From Candidatus Cloacimonadales bacterium (GTDB lineage: Bacteria; Cloacimonadota; Cloacimonadia; Cloacimonadales; JAFGVF01): a DNA stretch of 64,000 nt. The notes below the pieces were generated by a model that ran no database searches, was not told where the DNA came from, and saw only the letters and a list, made by a program, of their open reading frames with translations. The stretch covers positions 404,554 to 468,553 of the forward strand of contig OY829950.1 of the NCBI GenBank assembly GCA_963692475.1, in the 5' to 3' direction. Shown piece after piece: positions 16,448 through 25,011 of the stretch. A program made the translations under genes and the position numbers. Within the stretch, counting starts at the first letter, position 1. Every line of letters begins with the position of its first letter.

Positions 16448-16874
16448 TACTCCTCCACTATAACTTTTTTTAATAATATAACTAAAATAGTTGATAATCC
16501 AAGATTTTCTTTCCCTACTAATATTATATCTCCTCTGAAGCAGAAGTGTAGATGTTCACTAAAAAGCAGTTATGCAAATTTCAGAATAATTTTAAACTTC
16601 AATCTTCAACCTTTTTTTTGTTTTCTAAAAAACACATTTTAATTTTATGTATGAATTTTTCTATAAAGCAAATAATCAGCTCTAATTTCCTTGAAGAAAA
16701 TTTTCTAAAATCATAGCAAATAGATAGCTAAAAAGGTTGAAAAAAATATTCCATATTTTCTATTTGACAAGAATGCTAATTTCATATTTTTTAATATTAT
16801 AGATTTATAAATACAGAAATCAAAAAATAGAATAAACGTTATGTAATTTATTGATTATTATAACTTTAACATAA

Positions 16875-18971
16875 TTGGGAGAAAGGATGATTAAAGCCGT
16901 TTTAAAGAGGACAGGAGAATTAGTAGCTTTTGATAAAGATAAGATAAAAAAAGCAATTTTGAGAGCAGGATTAGCCACTGCTGAATTTGGAGATGATACT
17001 GCCGAACAACTCACTATGAAAGTTGTTAACCTCATTCTTCAATTACATAATGAAAAAATAATTACTATTGAAAAAATACAAGATATTGTTGAAGAAATTC
17101 TACTATCTTCAACTTTCAAAAAGACAGCAAAAAGCTATATTATTTACCGTGACCAACATGCAAAAATTAGAGAAATTGTCTCAAAATCTAATGTTGATCT
17201 TATTGATCAATATCTAAAAAAATTAGATTGGCAAGTAAATGAAAATAGTAATATGGCATATTCCCTCCAAGGATTAAACAACTATATAGCATCTGAGGTA
17301 AGTAAGACTTATTGGTTAAACAAAATTTACCCTTCTGAAATTAAAGAGAATCATTCAGGAGGCGATATTCATGTTCATGATTTAGGTCTACTTTCTGTCT
17401 ATTGTGTTGGCTGGGATTTATATAATTTAATTAAAGTAGGATTCACAGGTGCGGTAGGAAAAATTGAGAGTAAACCTGCTAAACATTTCAGGTCTTTGTT
17501 GGGTCAGATAGTTAATTTCTTCTATACTTTACAGGGTGAAGCAGCTGGAGCTCAAGCCTTTTCAAGTTTTGATACTCTTCTTGCCCCCTTTATCAGATAT
17601 GATAATCTTAGTTATGAAGAAGTTAAGCAAGCTATGCAAGAGTTTATTTTCAATATTAATGTTCCTACCAGAGTTGGTTTTCAAACACCATTTACTAATA
17701 TTACCATGGATTTAATTCCTCCCAAAATTTATCGTGAGCAGAATGTCATTATTGGTGGAGAATTAATGGATGAAACCTATGCTGATTTCCCTCAAGAGAT
17801 GATTATGATTAATCGGGCATTCTTGGAAATAATGACTGAAGGTGATGCCAAAGGTAGAGTATTCTCCTTCCCTATTCCTACTTATAACATAACTGAGGAT
17901 TTTGACTGGGACACCCCAGACTTAGATCTTCTCTGGGAAGCTACTGGAAAATATGGAATTCCTTATTTCTCTAATTTTGTTAACTCTGATATGAGCCCTG
18001 AAGATGCTCGTTCTATGTGTTGTAGGCTTCGCTTAGATACCAGAAAGTTAGAAGCAAGAGGTGGCGGTCTTTTTGGTGCAAACCCTCTCACTGGTTCAAT
18101 CGGGGTGGTTACCATCAATTTACCAAGAATCTCCTATTTAGCTAAAACTAAAGATGATTTCTATGCTCGACTTAAAGAGAAAATGGACTTAGCTAAGAAT
18201 AGCTTAGAAATTAAAAGAAAAGTTTTAGAATCTTTTACTGAATCTAACCTTTATCCTTACACAAGTTTCTATCTTCAAGATATTAAACAACGTTTTAACC
18301 AATATTGGAAGAACCACTTTTCAACAATTGGGTTAATTGGTATGAATGAAGTCTGTTTAAACTTCTTAGGTCAAGACATCACTTCAAAAGAAGGTTCTAA
18401 ATTTGCCATAGAAATAATGGATTTCATGAGAGATAAGCTTATTGAATATCAAGAAGAAACAGGCAATAATTATAACTTGGAAGCTACTCCTGCAGAAGGT
18501 ACTACCTATAGATTAGCAAGACTTGATAGAAAGAAGTTCCCCGAAATTATCGTAGCTAATAACGACCCATATTCTGATAAACCTTTCTATACTAACTCAA
18601 CTCAATTGCCTGTAAACTTCACGGATGATGTCTTTGAAGCCTTGGAATTACAAGACCAACTTCAAACTAAATACACTGGTGGGACTGTCCTTCACATCTT
18701 TGGTGGAGAACGTATTAGTAATATTCAATCGGTTAAAAATTTAGTTAGAAAAGTTTGTAGTAACTATCACTTACCTTACTTCACCTTCTCACCTACCTTC
18801 TCTATCTGCCCTACTCATGGCTATATTAAAGGAGAAGAAAGTCGATGCCCTATCTGTCAAACTGAAACAGAGATTTACTCCCGGGTTGTGGGCTACTTAC
18901 GCCCTGTCCAACAATGGAATGAAGGAAAGCAAGAAGAATTTAAATTGAGAAAAACTTTTAATGTAGGATAG
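16875..18971 (+). CDS. nrdD: anaerobic ribonucleoside-triphosphate reductase (class III)
   Basis: N-terminal ATP-cone (VLKRTGELVAFDKDKIKKAI). Catalytic Cys region SMCCRLRLD. C-terminal Zn-ribbon CPTHGY...CPICQ and glycyl-radical motif SRVVGYLRP. The ORF-track start is TTG; ATG at 16887 (MIKAVLK) behind GGGAGAAAGG is the likely start. Confidence 0.92.
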   Translation: MGERMIKAVLKRTGELVAFDKDKIKKAILRAGLATAEFGDDTAEQLTMKVVNLILQLHNEKIITIEKIQDIVEEILLSSTFKKTAKSYIIYRDQHAKIREIVSKSNVDLIDQYLKKLDWQVNENSNMAYSLQGLNNYIASEVSKTYWLNKIYPSEIKENHSGGDIHVHDLGLLSVYCVGWDLYNLIKVGFTGAVGKIESKPAKHFRSLLGQIVNFFYTLQGEAAGAQAFSSFDTLLAPFIRYDNLSYEEVKQAMQEFIFNINVPTRVGFQTPFTNITMDLIPPKIYREQNVIIGGELMDETYADFPQEMIMINRAFLEIMTEGDAKGRVFSFPIPTYNITEDFDWDTPDLDLLWEATGKYGIPYFSNFVNSDMSPEDARSMCCRLRLDTRKLEARGGGLFGANPLTGSIGVVTINLPRISYLAKTKDDFYARLKEKMDLAKNSLEIKRKVLESFTESNLYPYTSFYLQDIKQRFNQYWKNHFSTIGLIGMNEVCLNFLGQDITSKEGSKFAIEIMDFMRDKLIEYQEETGNNYNLEATPAEGTTYRLARLDRKKFPEIIVANNDPYSDKPFYTNSTQLPVNFTDDVFEALELQDQLQTKYTGGTVLHIFGGERISNIQSVKNLVRKVCSNYHLPYFTFSPTFSICPTHGYIKGEESRCPICQTETEIYSRVVGYLRPVQQWNEGKQEEFKLRKTFNVG

Positions 18972-18999
18972 TTTATTCTGCTATCTATCTTGAACTATT

Positions 19000-19031
19000 A
19001 TCCCCCTCTGCAAGGGGGATTTTTTGTTTTT
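19000..19031 (+). terminator. rho-independent terminator of nrdD
   Basis: Stem ATCCCCC / GGGGGAT with loop tctgcaa, followed by TTTTTGTTTTT. Lies 29 nt after the nrdD stop. Confidence 0.85.
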
Positions 19032-19033
19032 GA

Positions 19034-19793
19034 CCCGAATGGAGCAGTAGAGCTTTAGAGAAGATGTCTCTGGTGGTGCTAAGAAAGAAATCCCAGTTAG
19101 TGATGCTTCCACTCCATAATTTCCACAGTCTGAAGAGCCTGCTAATAACTGGGAAAGCGGGCATCTTGCCCGCGTCCAGCACCTAAGTGCTGGACTGCTT
19201 AAGATTACCCAGCATTTCATGCTGGGTGCAGGCAGGATGCCTGATTTTTGTGGAAGCAAGGATGCTTTCACTCCATAATTTCTACAGTCTGAAGAGACTG
19301 CTAATAACTGGGAAAGCGGGTATCTTGCCCGCGTCCAGCACCTAAGTGCTGGACTACTTAAGATTACCCAGCATGAAATCCTGGGTGCAGGCAGGATGCC
19401 TGATTTTTGTGGAAGCAAATACTTATGGACTGACAGCATCCCTGCTGCCAGCCAGATTTGTGTGGAAGCAAGGATGCTTCCACTCCATATAATTCCTGCT
19501 ACCTGATTTGTGGAAGCAAGGATGCTTCCACTCCATATAATTCCTGCTGCCTGATTTGTGGAAGCAAATATTTATGGACTGACAGCATCCCTGCTGTCAG
19601 ATTTTTGTGTGGAAGCAAGGATGCTTCCACTCCATAATTTCCACAGTCTGAAGAGCCTGCGTTCCCAGTTAGGGACGCTTCCACTCCATACTATAGTTGA
19701 TTTCATTAATCAAGAATTTACTATGGTACTATTAATGTACCAAATTACACTGCCAAAACTCTAGCAATTTTAAACTGCTATTGACACCATCAG
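19034..19793 (+). repeat. putative expanded R-family element (R-c) carrying the hairpin-repeat block as interior
   Basis: The left end cccgaatggagcagtagagctttagagaaga (19034-19064) matches the reverse complement of the R-b right end (cccgaatggtgcagtagagctttagagaaga) at 30/31 positions. A degenerate right end is proposed at ~19752-19793 (...ctgccaaaactctagcaattttaaactgctattgacaccatcag). Flanks are TTTGA and TTTAA. The right boundary is weakly supported. Confidence 0.4.
19091..19692 (+). repeat. GC-rich hairpin-dense tandem-repeat block (159-bp unit x2, 48-bp unit x2, ~50-bp module x2, truncated edge copies)
   Basis: 159-bp units at 19102-19260 and 19261-19419 with 10 differences. 48-bp units at 19462-19509 and 19510-19557. 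The module gtggaagcaaata[ct]ttatggactgacagcatccctgctg... occurs at 19409 and 19558. GTGGAAGCA starts at 19250, 19409, 19462, 19510, 19558 and 19609. One unit is ~51% G+C by my count, in a strongly AT-rich window. See findings for the stem-loops. Confidence 0.9.
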
Positions 19794-21097
19794 TTTAATA
19801 GGCAATATTTGATCAAGCTTTCAGGTATTTAAAAGCACCTCAATAAGTGTCACATCTAATTTCCGATATTTAAATGAGTGACTTTCAAGGGTCAAATATG
19901 ACTCAAAAGGAAGTTAAACCAAAATGAATCAGTTTCATGTTTAGCAATAAAATCAGTCATTTATGGTCCAAGCTCAAGTCTGGTGGAAATATGAATGTAT
20001 AACATAAAAGTTTAGTTAATATTGTAATGATTAAAGTAGAGTAGAGGCAGGGTAGCCTGCCCCCCTCTTCAAACCGTGCATGCGGTTCTCCCGCAGACGG
20101 CTTACCGACAAAGTTCATTCTAAGCATTCACAAGTTTGTCAAGAAGACCTATATGCTAAGTTATATAAACCATAATATTTAATTAACTTATCATGAGCGT
20201 TTTGACGATAAAGCTTACAGCTCCTTTGACTCTTGCGCTTATAATACCTCTTTAAACTAAAAAAGAGATAAGAATTAACACTATCTTTGGCCTTAGCAGG
20301 GTAGCTTACTTTAGGTATTGTAAAATAGTTAGTCCAACCTCTTAATATTGGATTGAGCTTCTTTACTAAAGTATAGTTTGATGAATGTCCATTATTCATA
20401 AGACAATTCTTAATATTTGCCTTAAACTTTTTGACACTCTTTTTACTTGGAATCACATTCCAGTAATAACCATACGAGTTGTATAATGATTTATCAAACC
20501 TAAAAGTAAAACCCAAAAAATCAAAAGATATTTTTGTTGCATTCAAATGTTTCGTTTTCTCTAGATTAACTGTTAACTCCATTTTTTCCAGTATTCTGTG
20601 CAAATACGATAAGCACTCTTGGGGTATTTGCTTTCCCATTAAGATAAAGTCATCAGCATAACGTACTATTTTTATGCCTCTTTTAGCGAAAAAATCCATC
20701 TTCCCTATTGACAGCTTTATCAACAAGATTTAAGTATATATTTGCCAGTAAAGGGGAAATAACGCCTCCTTGAGGTGTTCCCTTTTTACTCTTGTGCAAT
20801 TTGTTCTTTTCAAAATATGGTGTTTTTAACCACATTCTAATTAGCTTTAATATCCTTTTATCTGTTATTCTTCTTTCCATAAGATACATTAGTTTATCGT
20901 GTGGAATATTATCGAAATAACCAGACAAATCGGCGTCGTATACTTCTGTTTTCCCAGCTTTAAGGTTAGACTTTATTTCTTTAATAGCTCCATGGGCTGA
21001 ACGCTTTGGTCTAAAACCATGTGAACAATCCTCAAAATCTGCTTCAAAGATTGGTTCAATTATTAGCTTGCAACACATTTGAACTACTCTATCTTTT

Positions 21098-22452
21098 GGC
21101 TCAAGTTCAAGTCTGGTGGAAGAAAAATAAAAAAAAGGTTGAGAGAATTCATATATATCAATAAGTTACACTAAAAACACTACTAATTGGAGTAACTTAT
21201 GTCGAATTCTCTCAATGTCCAAATATGTGATTCACTGTTAAACGTGCAAGGTTTTTTTACTGAATCTATAAAGAAAGTGGTTTATAATAAGCAACCTCAG
21301 ATCCATTTTAACCTTAGAAAACTAGGTCATGCATGCTGTCCTCAATGTGGTATGAGGTTAAAGACACATGATATAGAACAAGATATTTAAAGCATTCTTC
21401 TATCCTTTTAACCCCAGTAATTTTAGTATTAAATTTACGGAGAACAAAATGTCCCGTTTGTGGTATATTGACAGAAAAGCAAGATATAGCAGAAGTAAAT
21501 AAACAACATACTAAACAGTTTGAAGAAGAGGTATTAGAATATACCAGAGAATTATCAAACAAAGCTACTGCAAAGTTATTAGGCACAACAATAAGTACCG
21601 TTTATAGAATAGATAAAATAGGGTTAGAAAACCTAGACAAATCATTAATTAGTAAAACACCTAAAACAACAAAACTAAGCCTTGATGAAACCTCATATAA
21701 AAAACATCACAATTATACAACAGTGCTAACTAATCAGGAAGATGGAAAGATAATAGATATATCAAAAGGTAAATCAAAAAACAGTGCTATAGAGTTATTA
21801 TCTAAATACGATAAACATGGCAAATTTAATCACTTAGATACTATTGCTATTGATTTTAGTCAATCCTACATTTCAGCAGTATCAGACTTTTATGCAGACC
21901 ACTACATAGTTTTTGACAAGTTCCATTTTAGTAGAATAGTTAATCGAAAAATGGAAATAGTAAGAAGATTAATTCAAAAAGAGCTTCCAGAAGAGGAAAG
22001 ATACGATATGAAAAAACATGTAAGATGGTTGATACTAAGGAGGCAAAAGAACTTTTCTCAGCATCATACAAAACGTTTGCAAGAGTTGATGTTAGTTAAT
22101 CAAGATTTATATAAAGCTTACCTCATAAAAGAAGATTTATTATCGATCTTTGATGAGGAATTAGAAGCAAATGATGCAGAAGAGAGATTCACAGTATGGT
22201 GTAGAATGGTTAATGATACAAACTTTATACCATTTAAGCAATTAGCAATTCAAATAAAGAAAAGATTATCTTTGTTACTAAACTGGTTTAAATATAGAGT
22301 AAGCAATGCTAAAGCAGAAGCAATTAATAACAAAATAAAAACAATAATCAAGATGGCATATGGCTATAAAGATTTTGATTATTTTCGGTTAAAAGTTCTA
22401 CAAAGGTGTGGCTATCTTATGGAATAGTTTCCACCAGACTTGAACTTGAGCC
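21098..22452 (+). mobile_element. ISL3-family insertion sequence (1355 bp) inserted in the intron maturase gene
   Basis: Terminal inverted repeats ggctcaagttcaagtctggtggaa (21098-21121) and ttccaccagacttgaacttgagcc (22429-22452). Perfect 8-bp target duplication TATCTTTT (21090-21097 and 22453-22460). Removing the IS plus one duplicate restores IPTIKDRVVQMCCKLIIEPIFE. Confidence 0.9.
21199..22427 (+). pseudogene. ISL3-family transposase, split by a frameshift inside the N-terminal zinc-finger region
   Basis: The 63-aa piece ends CPQCGMRLKTHDIEQDI*. A second frame continues YRTRYLKHSSILLTPVILVLNLRRTKCPVCGILTEKQD... into the 319-aa ORF. That ORF has ISL3 DDE blocks: LSLDETSYKKHHNYTTVL, IAIDFSQSYISAV, VFDKFHFSRIV, SNAKAEAINNKIKTIIKMAYGYKDFDYF. 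The frame change lies near 21366-21390. Confidence 0.8.
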
Positions 22453-23303
22453 TATCTTTTATGGTCGGAATACCTAATGGTCTCATTTTACCATTTGCTT
22501 TAGGAATATATACTCGTAGTATTGGAGATGGTTTATAAGTTTCGTCTTTTAGTTCTTGTTGAATCTCAAAAAGAAAGTCTGTTATTCCACTTTCTTCAAT
22601 ATCAGAAAAACTCTTTTTATCATATCCAGCAATCCCATTATTTAACTTTACCCTTCTCCAAGCTTCACTTAGAAAATATCCCACTGTTAACTTATCATAC
22701 AGTACATAAAAACGAAAATCCTTTTCTTGTTTGGCTTTAGAATATAATTTACGTTGAAAAATTCGAACTCTTTCCTCTGCTGATAAATCAGCTTTTTGTT
22801 TGTTTGTTAGATTTTCACCAATCACAACTTTCTCCTTATCTTGTAAATTTCTTTGAAGTAATGCCCCTTCGCTACTTTTGAGTTATGTTGTCTCAAATAT
22901 CATCACTACTATGGGCATCTCCGACTGCCTAAATAACTGAATTTCACTTCGACTCCGTCTTATAGAAATCCATTTAGAGTTGTCATCTCTTATTAAATAG
23001 GCTCTCTCACGTTTAGTGTGCAATCATTTATAAGCACGCCATCAGTTATAACTCCGGTAATCTTTGATAGTGCATATTTCTGTTACTTCCTATCAAATAG
23101 CAGGTTTCATCCTCTGGGAAAGATTAACCGATTACAATTGCCTAACGAAGCTACCTGTTCGCTTTCGCTACAGCTTACTTACCGATTCAAAGAGCTTCAG
23201 ACTTGCCATTACTGAACAAGCCTGTCTTTTTCACTTCTGGTTGAACAGAAAATTAGCCAGACTGGATTTTCACCAGTTGACGGCACACCACCTCGTGACG
23301 CAC

Positions 23304-23462
23304 CCCAAATAATGCAGTATATCTTTGAGAATAGCACTATATTCTTATGCAAAAGTAACTTCCATAATTTCTCCGAATATATATTATATGCGTCTGAATT
23401 CTGTAAGCTATTTTGCTAAAAGAATCTGCACTCTTCTCTAAAGCTCTACTGCACCATTCGGG
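23304..23462 (+). repeat. R-family MITE-like element, copy R-b (159 bp)
   Basis: Near-identical to 10460-10620. Terminal inverted repeats cccaaataatgcagtatatctttgagaatag and, at the other end, ctcttctctaaagctctactgcaccattcggg. The 5-bp direct repeat TTAAA lies at 23463-23467 and, across the intron, at 20031-20035. Confidence 0.75.
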
Positions 23463-23796
23463 TTAAAATATCCCTGAAAGGGTTGAATAAAAACTTATAT
23501 ATCAACGACTTATTACAAATGCTATTTATCCTTTTATTAAAGTTACTATATATTTATCCAGACTTAACACCCCATCTGCTTCGCATCCCCACCCCCTCTT
23601 GGAGACATTTGCTTAGCAAATGAAGAGGGGAATTAATCATGATTGAGTTTGAATAATCTATTTTTGCAGGATTAAGTCTTATTTATCATAAAAAACTTCA
23701 ATTTCATATAGACTATAAAGCGTAACTAACTATGAGGCAATAATAGCTCCATCATAATACTTAATGATTTCCACTAAACTTAAAGTTGAGCCTTTT

Positions 23797-25011
23797 TTAT
23801 TCATATCTAAGAGCATCAATAAGGTTGAGGTTAGCAGCTTTTTTGGCAGGATACCAGCCGAAGAATACACCAATGATAGCAGAGAAGGAGAAGGATAGTA
23901 GAACTGACCAAGTAGTGATTTCCACACTCCAATTCATCATATTCCCCACAATTTTGGCAACAACAGAGCCTAAGATAATTCCGATGATACCTCCTAATCC
24001 ACTAAGAAATATAGCTTCAAAGATGAATTGCCTTAAAACATCTTTCTTTTTAGCCCCGACAGCCATTCTTAAGCCAATCTCTTTGATTCTTTCAGTAACC
24101 GAGACCAGCATGATATTCATAATACCAATACCGCCTACGATTAAAGAAATACCGGCAATACTTGATAAAAGTAAAGTAATAGTAGATGAGACATTATTAG
24201 CCATATCGGCAAGGTCGGTTTGAGAATTTACAATAAAACTATCTTCGGACAGTGTCTTATTTTTTAATAAAAGCAGTTGCAAGATTTCGTTTTTAACTAT
24301 AGGTATCATTTCTTTTGAGCTGGCTGAGACATTGATAGATATCTGAGGTTCTCGCCAACCTCTAAGTCTGGCAAGCACTGTTGTATAAGGGACTAAGACC
24401 ACATCATCTAAATCTCCACCAACTGCACTTTGTCCTTTCTCAGAAAGAATGCCGACAATCTCCATGGGCACATTTCTGATAGTTATTCTCTGCCCAACAG
24501 CTCCTCCTTCTGGGAAAAGATAATCAGCTACTGTTTTACCAAGAACCATAACTTTTGCTCCCGATTGAATCTGAGTAGAAGAGAAGAATTGACCTTCATC
24601 GACATCATAGTTTCTAATAAAGAAGTATTCTGAGTTTACTCCATAAGCAGCTGTTCTCCAGTTTTTAGAACCAGCTCTAAGTCTTCCATATGTAGTAACA
24701 ACAGGAGAGATATAATTTACACCTTGTACCTGATTTCTGATAGATTCAATATCTGCTAATTTGATAGAGTTTCCTGAGCCTGCTTCTTGTCTTACTGCAG
24801 TTCTTGAACTATAGTTAGAAATCACTGTGATAACATTAGTCCCCATACTTGCAATCTCAGAATCTACTAATTTTTTGGCACCTTCACCAATGGCTAACAT
24901 AGTTATAACAGCTCCAACACCAATAATTATTCCCAGCATTGTTAAAAGTGTTCTTACTTTATTCTTTACCAATGATTTCAAAGCTACTGAAAGAATTTCT
25001 ATAATAAGCAT
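23797..25011 (-). CDS. ABC transporter permease, MacB/FtsX type
   Basis: N-terminal TM, a large periplasmic MacB_PCD-like domain, and a C-terminal FtsX 3-TM bundle (ITLLLSSIAGISLIVGGIGIMNIMLVSVTERIKEIGLRMAVGAKKKDVLRQF). Confidence 0.85.
   Translation of the reverse strand: MLIIEILSVALKSLVKNKVRTLLTMLGIIIGVGAVITMLAIGEGAKKLVDSEIASMGTNVITVISNYSSRTAVRQEAGSGNSIKLADIESIRNQVQGVNYISPVVTTYGRLRAGSKNWRTAAYGVNSEYFFIRNYDVDEGQFFSSTQIQSGAKVMVLGKTVADYLFPEGGAVGQRITIRNVPMEIVGILSEKGQSAVGGDLDDVVLVPYTTVLARLRGWREPQISINVSASSKEMIPIVKNEILQLLLLKNKTLSEDSFIVNSQTDLADMANNVSSTITLLLSSIAGISLIVGGIGIMNIMLVSVTERIKEIGLRMAVGAKKKDVLRQFIFEAIFLSGLGGIIGIILGSVVAKIVGNMMNWSVEITTWSVLLSFSFSAIIGVFFGWYPAKKAANLNLIDALRYE

Larger units (their letters stand above)
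20139..22825 (-). pseudogene. group II intron reverse transcriptase/maturase, disrupted by the ISL3 insertion and by a frameshift
   Basis: Three ORF-track pieces. The first, 22825-22453, ends ...MRPLGIPTIKDR. The second, 21089-20683, reads (VVQ)MCCKLIIEPIFE...GTPQGGVISPLLANIYL...DGFF. The third, 20726-20139, reads FAKRGIKIVRYADDFILMG...LRGWTNYF (domain X). The second break is a frame change in an A6/T6 run at 20689-20694. No HNH endonuclease domain at the C terminus. Confidence 0.85.
20036..23303 (-). mobile_element. bacterial group II intron (about 1.9 kb before IS insertion), intergenic, with disrupted maturase
   Basis: On the minus strand the 5' end is GUGCG (23303-23299). Domain V is AAGCCGUCUGCGGGAGAACCGCAUGCACGGUUU (20103-20071) and includes the AGC triad. 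Domain VI helix GGCAGG-CUAC-CCUGCC extends with a bulged A 7 nt from the 3' end ...CUACUCUAC (20036). An RT/maturase ORF sits in domain IV. An uninterrupted paralogous site exists at 10459/10460. Confidence 0.85.
19965..23572. mobile_element. second, degraded copy of the ISL3-derived MITE, now carrying the group II intron
   Basis: Left inverted repeat ggtccaagctcaagtctggtggaaa (19965-19989). The interior is collinear with 10295-10895 (aatatt..atg.ttaaa, then the R element, then aacttatatatc). A possible eroded right repeat tttatccagacttaacacc lies at ~23553-23571. The right boundary is uncertain. Confidence 0.4.

Noticed and set aside
16448-16886. Looked for NrdR boxes or a cobalamin riboswitch in the 440-bp region upstream of nrdD.
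   Set aside because: I could not find a convincing palindromic NrdR box pair or a B12-box. The region is simply AT-rich, so it is left unannotated.
19102-19419. Template/variable repeat pair of a diversity-generating retroelement, given the nearby reverse transcriptase.
   Set aside because: The 10 differences between the two 159-bp copies are not adenine-specific. Neither copy lies at the 3' end of a target gene. The RT is clearly a group II intron maturase (domain X; flanked by GUGCG and domains V/VI).
19091-19692. CRISPR array interpretation of the palindromic GTGGAAGCAAGGATGCTTCCAC repeats.
   Set aside because: The sequences between repeats are themselves repeated (near-identical 20-nt and 130-nt spacers). 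Spacing is irregular (48, 53, 159 bp). There are no unique spacers, no leader and no cas genes in the window.
18981-19764. ORF-track ORFs across the repeat block (152 aa and 65 aa on the minus strand, 61 aa minus, 68 aa plus).
   Set aside because: Their sequences are simply the tandem DNA repeats translated (for example SGILPAP...WVILSSPALRCWTRAR occurs twice). They have no RBS or start context and overlap the nrdD terminator, so they are treated as non-coding.
23018-23312. Two plus-strand ORFs (65 aa and 82 aa).
   Set aside because: They lie inside intron domain I RNA on the opposite strand and have no coding signal.
23590-23640. Nested hairpin CCCCTCTT...CATTTGC-tta-GCAAATG...AAGAGGGG, considered as the terminator of the MacB-like permease gene.
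   Set aside because: It lies ~160 nt from the permease stop and lacks a T-run on either strand. It could belong to the degraded MITE end, so no terminator was called.
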